From positions 77,531 to 141,530 of the forward strand of contig CAZSVP010000003.1 in assembly GCA_964610335.1 (NCBI GenBank): a stretch of DNA of 64,000 nt. The letters run 5' to 3'. The position numbers and the translations under genes were made by a program. Origin of the DNA: an uncultured Candidatus Saccharibacteria bacterium (GTDB lineage: Bacteria; Patescibacteriota; Saccharimonadia; CAILAD01; BJGX01). The notes beneath the pieces are model-generated. The model was not told the DNA's origin, ran no database searches, and worked only from the letters and a program-made list of their open reading frames with translations. Positions 18,861 through 29,626 of the stretch are shown here, in pieces; within the stretch, counting starts at the first letter, position 1; the number at the start of each line of letters is the position of its first letter.

Positions 18861-19415
18861 ATGGATAACACACAATTACTCAAATCAGCCCGCGACAAGT
18901 TTGATGGGGCTTTGGAATTTTTTGAAGGTGAATTGGTTGGCGTGCGCTCTGGGCGTGCACATCCTGGGCTAGTAGAGAATATCAAAGTTAATGTGTATGG
19001 ACAGACTATGCCACTCAAGGGTGTTGCTACTATTTCTGCCCCCGATCCCAAGACTATTCAAATCCAACCTTGGGATCATGGACAACTTGCACCTATCGAG
19101 AAGGCTCTACGCGAAGATCAAAACCTTGGGCTAAATCCCAGCAATGATGGACATGTAATTCGTATTGCCATACCATCGTTGTCCGAAGAGTCACGCTTGC
19201 AACTCAAGAAGTTGATTGGTCAAAAAGCTGAAGCCTGCAACATTAGTCTGCGCAATATCCGTCATGAGGTGCTTGCACAGGCCAAGAAATCTGATGGTTC
19301 TACTCCGGATCAGTTGAAAGGCCTGGAAAAAGAACTAAATAAGTTGATTGACGAATACCAGGCTAAGATTACTACACAGGTTCAGACTAAAGAATCCGAA
19401 CTAATGACAGTCTAA
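18861..19415 (+). CDS. frr: Ribosome recycling factor
   Basis: RSGRAHPGLVE, IQPWD, LNPSNDG, RNIRHE. Confidence 0.96.
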   Translation: MDNTQLLKSARDKFDGALEFFEGELVGVRSGRAHPGLVENIKVNVYGQTMPLKGVATISAPDPKTIQIQPWDHGQLAPIEKALREDQNLGLNPSNDGHVIRIAIPSLSEESRLQLKKLIGQKAEACNISLRNIRHEVLAQAKKSDGSTPDQLKGLEKELNKLIDEYQAKITTQVQTKESELMTV

Positions 19416-20126
19416 GTGAGGCTCATGACGCAAACTGCCCAACTCCCCCAACATATCGGCTTCATCCTAGACGGTAATCGACGTTGGGCGGCTGAGCATG
19501 GTATGCCTAAATTGCAAGGGCATCGCAAAGGCTACGACAACCTCAAGAAGATCTCGGAACTATGTTTTGACCGTGGTATCGAGGTAGTATCGGCCTATAT
19601 ATTCTCAACTGAGAATTGGAAGCGAGAGTCGGAAGAGGTGGACTACTTGATGGATTTAGCCTTGAAGATTTTTACTCGTGACCTCAAGGAATTGTCTGAC
19701 AAGGGTATCAAAATAGTTTTCTCTGGTTTACGTGATCGGCTGAGCCCCAAACTTATTGAGGCGATTGATAACACCACCGAAAAGACCAAAGACAACACCA
19801 AGGGCACAATCAATCTTTGTTTCAACTATGGTGGTCAGCAAGAAGTTGCTGAAGCAGTAAAACGAATAATCAACTCCGGGCTAGATGCCGAGGCAATCTC
19901 GCCTGATGTAGTTCGCGATCACTTGTTTCATCCTGAGCTTCCGCCGGTTGACTATATAGTGCGTACATCTGGCGAGCAGCGACTTAGCAACTTCTTGCTT
20001 TGGGACAGTGCTTATGCGGAGTTTAGATTTGTGGATCAGCATTGGCCGGCATTTGATGAACAGTTACTAGATGATGTGTTAACTGACTTTCAAAGTCGTC
20101 AACGACGCTTTGGGGGCACTAAGTGA
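19416..20126 (+). CDS. uppS: Undecaprenyl diphosphate synthase
   Basis: HIGFILDGNRRWA, FSTENWKR, RTSGEQRLSNFLLW; start at 19416 or 19425. Confidence 0.96.
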   Translation: MRLMTQTAQLPQHIGFILDGNRRWAAEHGMPKLQGHRKGYDNLKKISELCFDRGIEVVSAYIFSTENWKRESEEVDYLMDLALKIFTRDLKELSDKGIKIVFSGLRDRLSPKLIEAIDNTTEKTKDNTKGTINLCFNYGGQQEVAEAVKRIINSGLDAEAISPDVVRDHLFHPELPPVDYIVRTSGEQRLSNFLLWDSAYAEFRFVDQHWPAFDEQLLDDVLTDFQSRQRRFGGTK

Positions 20127-21202
20127 TCATTAGTATCATTGTTGTAGTATTAGTATTTTTTGGCTTGGTGATGGTGCATGAGCTTGGACACTTTTTGGTA
20201 GCTCGTCGCAATGGAGTACGTGTGCTAGAATTTGGCATCGGTTTTCCGCCACGCTTGTTTTCAAAGACCCGTAACAAGACTCGCTATAGCTTCAATCTCT
20301 TGCCGATTGGTGGCTTTGTAAGACTGAAGGGTGAAGATGGTGAGAACAAAGATTCTGATAGTTTTGCCGCCCAAAGCTATAAGACGAAGTCAAAGATTGT
20401 AATGGCAGGAGTAAGTGTCAATCTGGCAGTGGCTTACATCATATTTACCTTCTTACTGGTAGTAGGTATGCCACAGATTTTGCCATTCTCACCGCCAAGC
20501 TTTGGACCAGTACAACCAACTATTAATACTTCCACAGGAATGTTGGTCTACGGTGTCACCAAAAACAGTGCGGCTGCGGTTGCTGGAGTCAAAGAGAACG
20601 ACCAAATTATATCGGTCAATGGTGAGACTTTTTCAAGTCAAGCAGAGTTTTCACAATATTTGCGTGACCGAGCTGGGCAGAATGTACAGTTGGTTATCAA
20701 GCGAGGTAGCTCAGAACAAGGTTTGGTGGCAACACTTGGCAATGATACTAAATCTGGCGTACTAGGAGTTGTTGCGGAGCGTGAGACATACGTGAGTTAT
20801 CCGTGGTGGCAAGCACCAATCGCGGCAGTTGTGGTGGTGATTCGTTTGCTCTGGCTGACACTGGCAGGATTTGGGGCACTGGTAGTTGGATTGTTTACGC
20901 GCGGTCAGGTAAGTGACCAAGTGGCTGGACCAATTGGTATTACTTCCATCTTTGCTCAACTATTGCGTTTTGACTGGCGGTATAGCCTTAGTTTGATAGC
21001 GGCTCTATCGCTTTCACTAGCTCTAATCAATAGTTTACCGATCCCAGCACTCGATGGTGGACGCGAGTTTGTGATGACACTGCAACGTATAGGGGTGCGT
21101 ATCAAACCACGTCATGAACAACTTATACATTTGGCTGGCTTTGTACTACTATTTGCCCTAATTATCATCGTTACCATTGTTGATATAACGCGGTTGCGCT
21201 AA
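20123..21202 (+). CDS. rseP: RIP (M50) zinc metalloprotease with PDZ domain
   Basis: HELGH, GIGFPP, PIGGFVRL, NSLPIPALDGG. Confidence 0.93.
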   Translation: MIISIIVVVLVFFGLVMVHELGHFLVARRNGVRVLEFGIGFPPRLFSKTRNKTRYSFNLLPIGGFVRLKGEDGENKDSDSFAAQSYKTKSKIVMAGVSVNLAVAYIIFTFLLVVGMPQILPFSPPSFGPVQPTINTSTGMLVYGVTKNSAAAVAGVKENDQIISVNGETFSSQAEFSQYLRDRAGQNVQLVIKRGSSEQGLVATLGNDTKSGVLGVVAERETYVSYPWWQAPIAAVVVVIRLLWLTLAGFGALVVGLFTRGQVSDQVAGPIGITSIFAQLLRFDWRYSLSLIAALSLSLALINSLPIPALDGGREFVMTLQRIGVRIKPRHEQLIHLAGFVLLFALIIIVTIVDITRLR

Positions 21203-21279
21203 CAATCAATGCAATAATAATCGTGGTTTTAGCCGCTTGAGCCTGGTCGTGGCCGCAAAGGCTTGCTACACTAGATCAT

Positions 21280-22332
21280 ATGATTAGTGGAATGCTCGGA
21301 AAATTCTCCCATGATATTGGGATAGACCTTGGTACTGCCAACACGCTGGTATATGTCAAAGGCCAGGGTATAGTTGTGAATGAGCCCTCGGTGGTGGCTA
21401 TTAATACCAAGAACAAGCAAATACTGGCAATTGGCGAAGAAGCCAAACGTATGGTAGGTAAGACTCCTGCCAACATTGTAGCAACACGTCCACTAGTAGA
21501 TGGGGTGGTGAGTGACTTTGAGATCACTGAGCACATGCTAAGTTACTTTATAGAAAAAGTTCATAAGCAAAGTTTTGTGTTGTTTCCAAGACCAAGAGTT
21601 GTAGTGGGTATTCCTTCAGGCGTAACAGAGGTGGAAAAACGTGCCGTCGAAGATGCCACAGTCAATGCTGGTGCTCGGCAAGCGTTCTTAATTGAAGAGC
21701 CTATGGCCGCCGCCATAGGTAGTGGTTTGGAAGTTCATGATGCCGCTGGAAGCATGATTGTTGATATTGGTGGTGGTACCAGCGAAGTTGCGGTGATAAG
21801 TCTTGGTGGCATTGTGGCTAGTCGATCACTGCGAATTGCCGGGGATGAGCTTACCAACGATATCGTTCAATATGCCAAAAACGAGTTGAACTTACAGGTA
21901 GGAGAGCGCACCGCCGAAAACATCAAAATCGCAATTGGCTCGGCTGCCAAGCTAGAAAAGCAGCTAGAGGCTCCGATTCGCGGACGTGACATGGTGACCG
22001 GCCTGCCAAAAGAGATGATCATTGATTCAGATCAAGTGCGCAAGGCTTTGGCACGCAGTGTCCGCCAAATTGTTGATAGCGTCAAGATTACCCTCGAAGA
22101 AACACCACCAGAACTAATAGCCGATATTATGGACAAAGGAGTTTATCTGGCTGGTGGTGGGGCCTTGCTAAGAGGTCTTGATGTTTTGATTAGCCAGCAA
22201 ACTAAGATGCCAGTGCACATCTCTAGCGACCCACTTACTGCGGTAGTGCGCGGGACGGGAGTGGTACTAGAGGATATTGACCGTCTCAAGGACATACTGG
22301 TGCCAACTCAATACGAAAAGGCACCGCGGTAG
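21280..22332 (+). CDS. mreB: Rod shape-determining protein MreB
   Basis: DLGTANT, IEEPMAAAIG, DIGGGTS, GGGALL; precedes mreC. Confidence 0.98.
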   Translation: MISGMLGKFSHDIGIDLGTANTLVYVKGQGIVVNEPSVVAINTKNKQILAIGEEAKRMVGKTPANIVATRPLVDGVVSDFEITEHMLSYFIEKVHKQSFVLFPRPRVVVGIPSGVTEVEKRAVEDATVNAGARQAFLIEEPMAAAIGSGLEVHDAAGSMIVDIGGGTSEVAVISLGGIVASRSLRIAGDELTNDIVQYAKNELNLQVGERTAENIKIAIGSAAKLEKQLEAPIRGRDMVTGLPKEMIIDSDQVRKALARSVRQIVDSVKITLEETPPELIADIMDKGVYLAGGGALLRGLDVLISQQTKMPVHISSDPLTAVVRGTGVVLEDIDRLKDILVPTQYEKAPR

Positions 22333-22344
22333 GGGCAGTAACTG

Positions 22345-23142
22345 ATGCGACGTCAATTACTACCAAGCATACTTGTTACCAGCGCCATAGCTTTGCTGAT
22401 ACTGATAATTTTTAGGTTTGGAGCTTGGTGGCCCTTTCGAATAGTGCACGATCAAGTATTTAACCCTATTGGGCGTGGTTTGCATGGCCTTAGTATCCAG
22501 ATAGGCGATAGTGTGGAGTTGTTCAAAAGTGCAAATACGCTGTCGCGAACAAACGCTCAGCAGGCAATTGAAATTATTGATCTCAAAAAGCAACTGGCAT
22601 CTCTAAAAGAAGTTGCCAAGGAGAACGATCAATTGCGAGCTCAGCTACAGTTCACGGATACTAAACAGTATGATTTAGTAGCCGCGCGGGTAGTTGGCTC
22701 AGACCCTGATGCAGTGCGTCGCTATCTTAGTATTGATCGTGGTAGTAGCAGTGGTATCAAAAAAGGCATGGCAGTACTTAGCAATGGGATCTTTATAGGT
22801 ACAATCGACGAGGTCAATGATTTTAGTAGCCGCATATTCATGGTTAGTGACCCTGAGTTTAGGATTCGGGCACTTGGTCAAGATGGGCGATCACAAGGTA
22901 TTATACGAGGCCAGTTGGGCAGTGGGTTGCTGTATGAGAAGGTAGCACAATCCGAAGTACTCGGGGTAGGTGAATTTGTAATCACCGCAGGATCTGAGCT
23001 GGTACCCAAGGGGTTACTGATTGGCCAGATCCAACAAGTCAACCGCGCCGACAATGCAGTCTTCCAGAGTGCTCAAGTTCATGGATTGGTCGATCCGAGC
23101 CGAGCCGAATTGGTATTTGTAATCCGTGGTTTACAGCAATGA
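22345..23142 (+). CDS. mreC: Rod shape-determining protein MreC
   Basis: N-terminal TM, ENDQLRAQL coiled coil, IDRGSSSGIKKGMAV, PKGLLIG. Confidence 0.92.
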   Translation: MRRQLLPSILVTSAIALLILIIFRFGAWWPFRIVHDQVFNPIGRGLHGLSIQIGDSVELFKSANTLSRTNAQQAIEIIDLKKQLASLKEVAKENDQLRAQLQFTDTKQYDLVAARVVGSDPDAVRRYLSIDRGSSSGIKKGMAVLSNGIFIGTIDEVNDFSSRIFMVSDPEFRIRALGQDGRSQGIIRGQLGSGLLYEKVAQSEVLGVGEFVITAGSELVPKGLLIGQIQQVNRADNAVFQSAQVHGLVDPSRAELVFVIRGLQQ

Positions 23143-23663
23143 TGCTTGCGCTAGGAGCATTGGTTGGCTTAGTAGTAGCGACGCTTCAAGTCAGTGTGGC
23201 AGCCACCTTTGGTAGTTTTTGGGCTGGTTTTTGGATAGTCGCTTTGGTTTCAATTAGTGAATTACTTGATTTTGATAGCCAATTGATTATGGCAGTGCTA
23301 CTTGGCTTGCTACTAGATTACTATGCGGGGGGAGATTTCGGCCTACATATGGTATTTGCTATCACAATAGTATTGGTTGGTCGACTTGTACGAGACAGTT
23401 TTGATAGTGTAAATCGACGCTTGGTTGATATATGTTTGTGTTTGGTCTTTGTATTAATTTATGGATTGGTCAGGGTTCTGCCTAGCCTCAATGTAGTTGA
23501 AACGCAGAGCTGGATAGAACTTACACGCATTATAGGCCTGCAGTTGGTTGGTGCACTTGTAAGTTATGGGATAGTGATCACAGTGATTATGGGAGTTACG
23601 GCTCTTACAGATAAAATGAAAAGTGGTGTCCTGTGGAAGCCACGTCGCCGTATTGTTAAATAG
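23139..23663 (+). CDS. mreD: Rod shape-determining protein MreD (divergent)
   Basis: Polytopic membrane protein with GLLLD motif between mreC and mrdA. Confidence 0.7.
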   Translation: MMLALGALVGLVVATLQVSVAATFGSFWAGFWIVALVSISELLDFDSQLIMAVLLGLLLDYYAGGDFGLHMVFAITIVLVGRLVRDSFDSVNRRLVDICLCLVFVLIYGLVRVLPSLNVVETQSWIELTRIIGLQLVGALVSYGIVITVIMGVTALTDKMKSGVLWKPRRRIVK

Positions 23664-25631
23664 ATGGATCGATATTTTCGTAACAAATCAGTCAAACAGG
23701 TTCGCCATGGTAAGAAGGAGCAAACTATTCGTAGTAGCGAAGACTGGGCCCATGTACTGTTGTCAGGTAGCTCCGAGCAACCAGCTCAAGAACCAAAACT
23801 AAGCCGTAGTTTTATAGCTATGACTGCTGTCTTACTAGTGGTGGTGGGCGGAGCTCTGTTAATCCGTTTAGGCCAGATGCAAATATCTCATGCTGAAGCT
23901 TACCGTAGTCAAGCTACTTCCAATCGCGTACGAGTAGAAACTCTGGTGGCGCCCAGGGGCGCAATTTATGACCGCAATGGAGCGCTTCTAGTACGCAATA
24001 CAGCGAACTTCGATGTAGTGGCTGCGATTCACTTACTGCCTCGTGATCGAAGGGAGCTGGAGGCTCAAACGGCTGTTTTGGCGTCAGTACTACAGCGCGA
24101 CGCTACGCAACTTACCAACACCATTGTTGAAGCCCAAAAAAAACCTAATCCTCAGTTGTTAATTGCCGACAATATTGATCGTGAAACAGCGCTCAAAATT
24201 GAAGAGAAACAAAGCCAGCTGGCTGGTGTTACAGTTGAGGCTAACCCCAGTCGCGAGTATCTAGATGGTGGTAGCCTATCTCATTTTCTTGGGTATATTG
24301 GCCGTATTAATGCCGAAGAGTGGCGTGATCATCAAAATTATCGTCCGATTGATATGATTGGTAAGTCTGGAGTTGAGCGTGGTTACGAGTCGGAGTTGCG
24401 TGGGGTTGCAGGCAAGACCCAAGCCGAGGTAGATGCTATGTCTCGACCGGTAAGGTATTTGCCATCAATAGATCCCAGCCCTGGCAACAATGTGGTGTTA
24501 AGTATAGATTTTGAGTTGCAGCGCTACGCAAGTGATGCTTTAAACCGAGGCTTGGAGCGAGCTGGAGCCAAAGCTGGTACAGTGGTAGCACTCGACCCAC
24601 GCAATGGCCAAGTGTTGGCCGCAGTAAACTCACCAACTTACGATAACAATATGTTTGCTCGCGGCATTTCACAATCAGACTTTGACAACTTACAGAACAA
24701 TCCCGACAAACCACTTTTCAACCGGGTTGCTGGTGGTAGCTATCCAATTGGCTCGACCATCAAACCACTGGTCTCAATTGCGGCATTGCAGGAGCAGGTT
24801 ATAAACGCTAGTACTGTCATACAGGATCGTGGCAAGATCGAAGTTCCCAATCAATACAATCCATCAATTGTTTATACATTTAAGGGTTGGAAACCAGAGG
24901 GCCTAGGAGCGGTCAATGTTGTTCGGGCGATTGCCTGGAGTTCAGATATATTTTTCTACACGGTAGGCGGTGGATACCTGCAAGAGTTTAAAGGGCTGGG
25001 CGTAGCCCGTCTGACTGATTGGTATAAACGATTCGGTTTTGGCCAAAAAACTGGTTTAGATATTGCCGAAGAATCAAACGGCTTTATACCAACCCCTGAG
25101 TCCAAGAAGAAGTACTCCAAGGATCCTTGGTCAATTGGTGATACTTACAATATTTCAATAGGTCAAGGCGACCTACGCGCTACTCCACTGCAGCTTGCCA
25201 CTGCCACAGCAGCGATTGCCAATGGTGGCAACGTATACAAACCACAGATTCTATATCAAGTTAAGACGCCTAGCGGGGAACTTAAGAAACAGGCAACGGC
25301 TGAGATTGTGCGCAATCTTAATCTTAACCCTGCGAATGTAGCCTTGGTGCGCTCAGGCATGGAGCAGACAGTCGAAAGCGGTACGGCTTGTTGTCAAATA
25401 AAAGCTGAGGTACCAGTGCGGGTGGCCGGAAAAACCGGTACAGCGGAGACAAGTTCGGAGGGTTTTGATGGCAAGAACCCCCGCACTAAGCCACACGCCT
25501 GGTTTGTGAGTTATGCTCCTGCTGACAACCCTAGGATTGTACTTGTAGTAATGGTTGAGAATTCGGGTGAAGGCGCTGATTTCGCGGTGCCTGTTGCTAG
25601 AGAAATACTGGCGTGGTATTTCAAAAGATAG
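23664..25631 (+). CDS. mrdA: Penicillin-binding protein 2 (class B)
   Basis: APRGAIYDRNG, SxxK (GSTIK), SxD (SSD), KTG (GKTGTAE). Confidence 0.95.
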   Translation: MDRYFRNKSVKQVRHGKKEQTIRSSEDWAHVLLSGSSEQPAQEPKLSRSFIAMTAVLLVVVGGALLIRLGQMQISHAEAYRSQATSNRVRVETLVAPRGAIYDRNGALLVRNTANFDVVAAIHLLPRDRRELEAQTAVLASVLQRDATQLTNTIVEAQKKPNPQLLIADNIDRETALKIEEKQSQLAGVTVEANPSREYLDGGSLSHFLGYIGRINAEEWRDHQNYRPIDMIGKSGVERGYESELRGVAGKTQAEVDAMSRPVRYLPSIDPSPGNNVVLSIDFELQRYASDALNRGLERAGAKAGTVVALDPRNGQVLAAVNSPTYDNNMFARGISQSDFDNLQNNPDKPLFNRVAGGSYPIGSTIKPLVSIAALQEQVINASTVIQDRGKIEVPNQYNPSIVYTFKGWKPEGLGAVNVVRAIAWSSDIFFYTVGGGYLQEFKGLGVARLTDWYKRFGFGQKTGLDIAEESNGFIPTPESKKKYSKDPWSIGDTYNISIGQGDLRATPLQLATATAAIANGGNVYKPQILYQVKTPSGELKKQATAEIVRNLNLNPANVALVRSGMEQTVESGTACCQIKAEVPVRVAGKTGTAETSSEGFDGKNPRTKPHAWFVSYAPADNPRIVLVVMVENSGEGADFAVPVAREILAWYFKR

Positions 25632-25816
25632 ATTTTTTAGACAACTTGTTTACTTATGCTTGACACCAAAGCCAATGTTTGCGAGAATGAAAAACAAACT
25701 ACACGTGACAGCGTAGATTCGATAGAGGTGGGTGAGTTTTAACGAAGAAAGAGGCGATCGCATAAGAGTGTACCCCCGTGGTAACACTTCTTTATGTTGT
25801 TGTTAAAGGAGAAATA

Positions 25817-26281
25817 ATGACACAACCAAAAGACTATTATCTAACCAAAGAGGGCATCGATGAGCTCAGTACTGAGCTTGAAGACCTAACTCGCAATAAG
25901 CGCAAGGAAGTTGCTGTAGCCCTCAAGGAAGCCAAAGAGTTTGGTGATCTTAGTGAGAACTCAGATTGGGACGATGCCAAATCTCGACAAGCTTTCATAG
26001 AAGGTCGGATCGCTGAGATTGAGAATATTCTCAAACATGCCAAGCTTATTGAAAAGCACGCTGATGGAGCTGTAGCTATCGGCTCGACTGTAATGGTAGA
26101 GCTAGAAGACGGTGAACAAACATTCAAGATTGTTGGTTCTACCGAAGCCAATCCAGAAGAGGGCAAGATATCCGATTCCAGCCCAATTGGCAAAGCCTTG
26201 CTAGGTAAAACTGCCGGTGAAGAAGTAAGTGTTGATGTACCAGCAGGTAGCATAGTCTACAAGATCAAAAAAGTTCAATAA
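25817..26281 (+). CDS. greA: Transcription elongation factor GreA
   Basis: GDLSENS, IVGSTEANP, ISDSSPIGKALLG; SD aaggag; promoter TTGACA-17-GAGAAT near 25660. Confidence 0.97.
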   Translation: MTQPKDYYLTKEGIDELSTELEDLTRNKRKEVAVALKEAKEFGDLSENSDWDDAKSRQAFIEGRIAEIENILKHAKLIEKHADGAVAIGSTVMVELEDGEQTFKIVGSTEANPEEGKISDSSPIGKALLGKTAGEEVSVDVPAGSIVYKIKKVQ

Positions 26282-26308
26282 CTCTGTTTAAAGCGTATAA
26301 TAAGACGT

Positions 26309-27874
26309 ATGACTGAGAACTCCTCAGAAAATCTTCGTTACTGGCTAGACCAAGTTTGCGAAGCTGTAATTTTGGCTCACCCCACTGGCGAGTTGCTGGT
26401 TTCTAGTGGGATAAGTCCTTCGGGGCCATATCATCTAGGACATTCAAGGGAAGTTCTAACGGCCGATGCAATCTACCGTGGGCTGCGTGAAAGGGGTCGT
26501 GATATTTCACATATTCACTTTGTGGACTGTTTTGATGCTCTTCGCAAAAGGTACCCGTACTTGCCAGAGAGTTATGAGACCGAGGCTGGTAAACCACTCT
26601 TTATGATCCCAGCGCCAGATGGTAAGTCCAAAAGCTATGCTGACCAGTATTTTAACGAGTATCAAGCAGCCACCAAGCAATTAGGTATCGAGATGAAAGT
26701 TATATGGGCACCAGATGAGTACAAAAATGGTACTTTCACTGAACTAATTGCAGAAAGTATTGAGAAAAGAGATCAACTAGCAGAAATTCTAGCACGGGTT
26801 AGTGGCTATAAGGTGTCAGATGATTGGCAACCAATTCAGATTCTTGACGAGTCAAATGATAGTCTGCGCAGCGCAAAATACATAGGTTTCGATAAACAAA
26901 CCAATCTAGTCCACTATCTAGGGTCAGACGACAAAGAGCACTCTGCTGATATCAGCAAAGGTCAGGTAAAGCTTGATTGGCGGTTTGATTGGCCGGCAAG
27001 ATGGAAAATATGGGGGAATCAGGTCGAGGGTTTTGGCCGCGAGCATGCCACCAAAGGTGGCAGTTATGATACTGGCAAGGTAGTGGCTGAAGAAGTATAT
27101 GGTGTTAAGGCACCATTTCCGGTGCCCTACGAGACGATTAATCTCAAGGGCGACACTAAGAAAATGAGCTCAAGCCTAGGCAACCTTGTAAGCATCAAGG
27201 ATGTCTTAGAGATTATCCCGCCGGAAATAGTTCGCTACTTTACATTCAAGAGTAGACCAGAAAAACAGATATTTTTTGATCCAGGTCAAGGACTTTACAA
27301 CTTGGTAGATGAGTATGCCAAAACCGAGTCAGTAACTTTGGCGGGTGAAGAGCCAGAGTTCAAGCGGGCTTGGCAAATAGCTAGCTTGAGTGGGAAAGAA
27401 CATGTTGTTAGTACTGTAGCGTTTTCGCACTTGGTTATGTCTTATCAGACTGCCCAGGGCGATTCTAACAAGATTATGGAGATACTAGAGCGTACTGGCC
27501 ATGCTGAAGCTGTCAAAACCCAGTCGGAATCAATTGGTCGTGAGTTGGAATACGTCGGCCGATGGCTTGAGCGCTATGCTCCAGACAATGTAAAGTTTTC
27601 TTTGCAAACTGATCTTCCTGATTTTGAACCCACGCAAGAGCAGAAGTCATTTCTGACAAGCTTGGCTAGCTCACTTGAAGAGTCAGATTTTACAGCCGAA
27701 ACTATCCATACCACGATTTACAACTTGGCGACTGAGCGCATGATGAAGCCCGGCGATACATTTAAACTACTGTATCAGCTATTTCTCAACCAAACTGCTG
27801 GCCCTCGTCTCGGTTTCTTCCTGGCTAGCTTAGAAAAAGACTTTGTTTTGAAACGGTTACGGCGTGAAGCATAG
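26309..27874 (+). CDS. lysS: Lysine--tRNA ligase, class I
   Basis: SGISPSGPYHLGH (HIGH-like), KLDWRFDWPARW, KMSSSLGN (KMSKS-like), GPRLG. Confidence 0.95.
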   Translation: MTENSSENLRYWLDQVCEAVILAHPTGELLVSSGISPSGPYHLGHSREVLTADAIYRGLRERGRDISHIHFVDCFDALRKRYPYLPESYETEAGKPLFMIPAPDGKSKSYADQYFNEYQAATKQLGIEMKVIWAPDEYKNGTFTELIAESIEKRDQLAEILARVSGYKVSDDWQPIQILDESNDSLRSAKYIGFDKQTNLVHYLGSDDKEHSADISKGQVKLDWRFDWPARWKIWGNQVEGFGREHATKGGSYDTGKVVAEEVYGVKAPFPVPYETINLKGDTKKMSSSLGNLVSIKDVLEIIPPEIVRYFTFKSRPEKQIFFDPGQGLYNLVDEYAKTESVTLAGEEPEFKRAWQIASLSGKEHVVSTVAFSHLVMSYQTAQGDSNKIMEILERTGHAEAVKTQSESIGRELEYVGRWLERYAPDNVKFSLQTDLPDFEPTQEQKSFLTSLASSLEESDFTAETIHTTIYNLATERMMKPGDTFKLLYQLFLNQTAGPRLGFFLASLEKDFVLKRLRREA

Positions 27875-27891
27875 CGAGGTATAATGTAGCT

Positions 27892-29199
27892 ATGCTTGAT
27901 ATCCAATTTATTCGCGACAATGTAGAGCTGGTACGGACTACCATTGCAAATAAAAAGACCGATGTTGATCTCGATAAACTTCTGCAAGTAGATGCTGAGC
28001 GTCGTAAGTTGCTTACTCAAACTGAAGAACTAGCCCAAGCTCGCAACGAACTCGCTAAGGCTCAGCAAGGAGGCAAGCCGAGCGTAGAGGCTATCAACCA
28101 AGGCAAGCAGCTTAAGACTCAGTTTGAACAGTTAAGTGACCAGCTTGATAAACTTGAAACCGAGTACTTTGGTTTACTTCACAAAGTACCCAATATCCCA
28201 TCTCAGGATACTCCGGTAGGCGCTAGTGAAGCTGATAATCAGGTCGTATCAAGCTGGGGCGACAAACCAAAGTTTGATTTTGCACCACTTGACCATGTGA
28301 AGCTGGGCGAAACTCTTGGACTAATTGACCTTAAACGCGCTGCCAAGGTATCGGGCGCTAGATTTGCTTATCTCATGGGGGGACTGGTTGAGTTGCAGTT
28401 TGCACTAATGCGCTGGACACAGGAGTTGCTGAGTAGTGAGAAGGTGTTGGCCGAAATTATCGAGGTCAATCAGCTCGAGGTGCTGCCAACACCATTCGTA
28501 CCCATGCTGCCCCCCGTGATGTTACGAACCGATAGCTATGAGGCGACTGCTCGGCTGAAGGCCGAAGAAGTTACCTACAAACTAGCCGATGACGAGATGT
28601 GGCTGATAGGTAGCGCTGAACATAGCATGGTCGCGATGTACCAAGGTGAGATATTGGATCTTTCCAGTGGGCCAGTACGATATTTGGGTTATTCTACAAG
28701 TTTTCGGCGTGAGGCCGGCAGCTATGGCAAGGACTTGCATGGCATATTGCGCATGCATCACTTCGACAAACTAGAGATGGAGAGCTTTTGTGCACCAGCA
28801 GACGGTATGGCTGAGCATAAGTTCATGATTGCCGTACAAGAGTGCTTGATGCAGCAACTAAAACTACATTATCAGGTGGTTCTTAAGTGTACTGCTGATA
28901 TGGGCGATCCCAATGCCCGTGGTGTTGATATTGAAACTTGGATTCCATCACAGGGTGCTTATCGCGAGACACACTCGGCAGATTATATGGCTGACTACCA
29001 AGCTCGTCGACTTAAGCTCCGGTTACGCGACAGTACTGGTAAAACAGAGTATGTACATACCTGTGATGCTACCGCTTTTGCGATGGGGCGAACACTAATA
29101 GCCATTATGGAACAGTATCAGCAGGCCGATGGTAGTATAATGATTCCAGAGGTGCTGCAGTCGTATATGGGCCAGAAAAAAGCCATAACTAATCAATAG
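27892..29199 (+). CDS. serS: Serine--tRNA ligase
   Basis: MLDIQFIRDN, FRREAGSYGKD, HHFDKLE, DYQARRL. Confidence 0.97.
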   Translation: MLDIQFIRDNVELVRTTIANKKTDVDLDKLLQVDAERRKLLTQTEELAQARNELAKAQQGGKPSVEAINQGKQLKTQFEQLSDQLDKLETEYFGLLHKVPNIPSQDTPVGASEADNQVVSSWGDKPKFDFAPLDHVKLGETLGLIDLKRAAKVSGARFAYLMGGLVELQFALMRWTQELLSSEKVLAEIIEVNQLEVLPTPFVPMLPPVMLRTDSYEATARLKAEEVTYKLADDEMWLIGSAEHSMVAMYQGEILDLSSGPVRYLGYSTSFRREAGSYGKDLHGILRMHHFDKLEMESFCAPADGMAEHKFMIAVQECLMQQLKLHYQVVLKCTADMGDPNARGVDIETWIPSQGAYRETHSADYMADYQARRLKLRLRDSTGKTEYVHTCDATAFAMGRTLIAIMEQYQQADGSIMIPEVLQSYMGQKKAITNQ

Positions 29200-29208
29200 G
29201 AGGACCAC

Positions 29209-29571
29209 ATGATCCAACTACAACTGTCCGGGCGTAAGTACGAAATAAGTCCTGAGATTGCTAAGTATGTGCGGCAGAAATTAGGTAAGTTGGACAAGTA
29301 CATACCACATAGCCATCCGGCGCGTGGTATGACGGTGGAGATTTTTCGAGATCCTAGTGGGCGCGAAGACAATCGCTACAAGGTGACAGCAATTCTTGAT
29401 GTACCTGGCCAGGAGATCGTTGCCGAAACTGCTACTATCAATCCTCATGCAGCTATTGATATTGTTGAAGCCAAGCTCAAAGATCAAATAAGAAAGTACA
29501 AAGACAAGCACAAACCCAAACGCTTCAGGGTAAAGGAAATGTTTGGGCGCAGCCAAGATAGCCAGAATTAG
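29209..29571 (+). CDS. hpf: Ribosome hibernation factor HPF/RaiA family
   Basis: YVRQKLGKLDKY, AAIDIVEAKLKDQIRKYK; upstream of secA. Confidence 0.9.
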   Translation: MIQLQLSGRKYEISPEIAKYVRQKLGKLDKYIPHSHPARGMTVEIFRDPSGREDNRYKVTAILDVPGQEIVAETATINPHAAIDIVEAKLKDQIRKYKDKHKPKRFRVKEMFGRSQDSQN

Positions 29572-29626
29572 CTGACAGGTTATGTCAGATAAGATATAAT
29601 GGATACCTGATTTAATCTGTGAGCTT

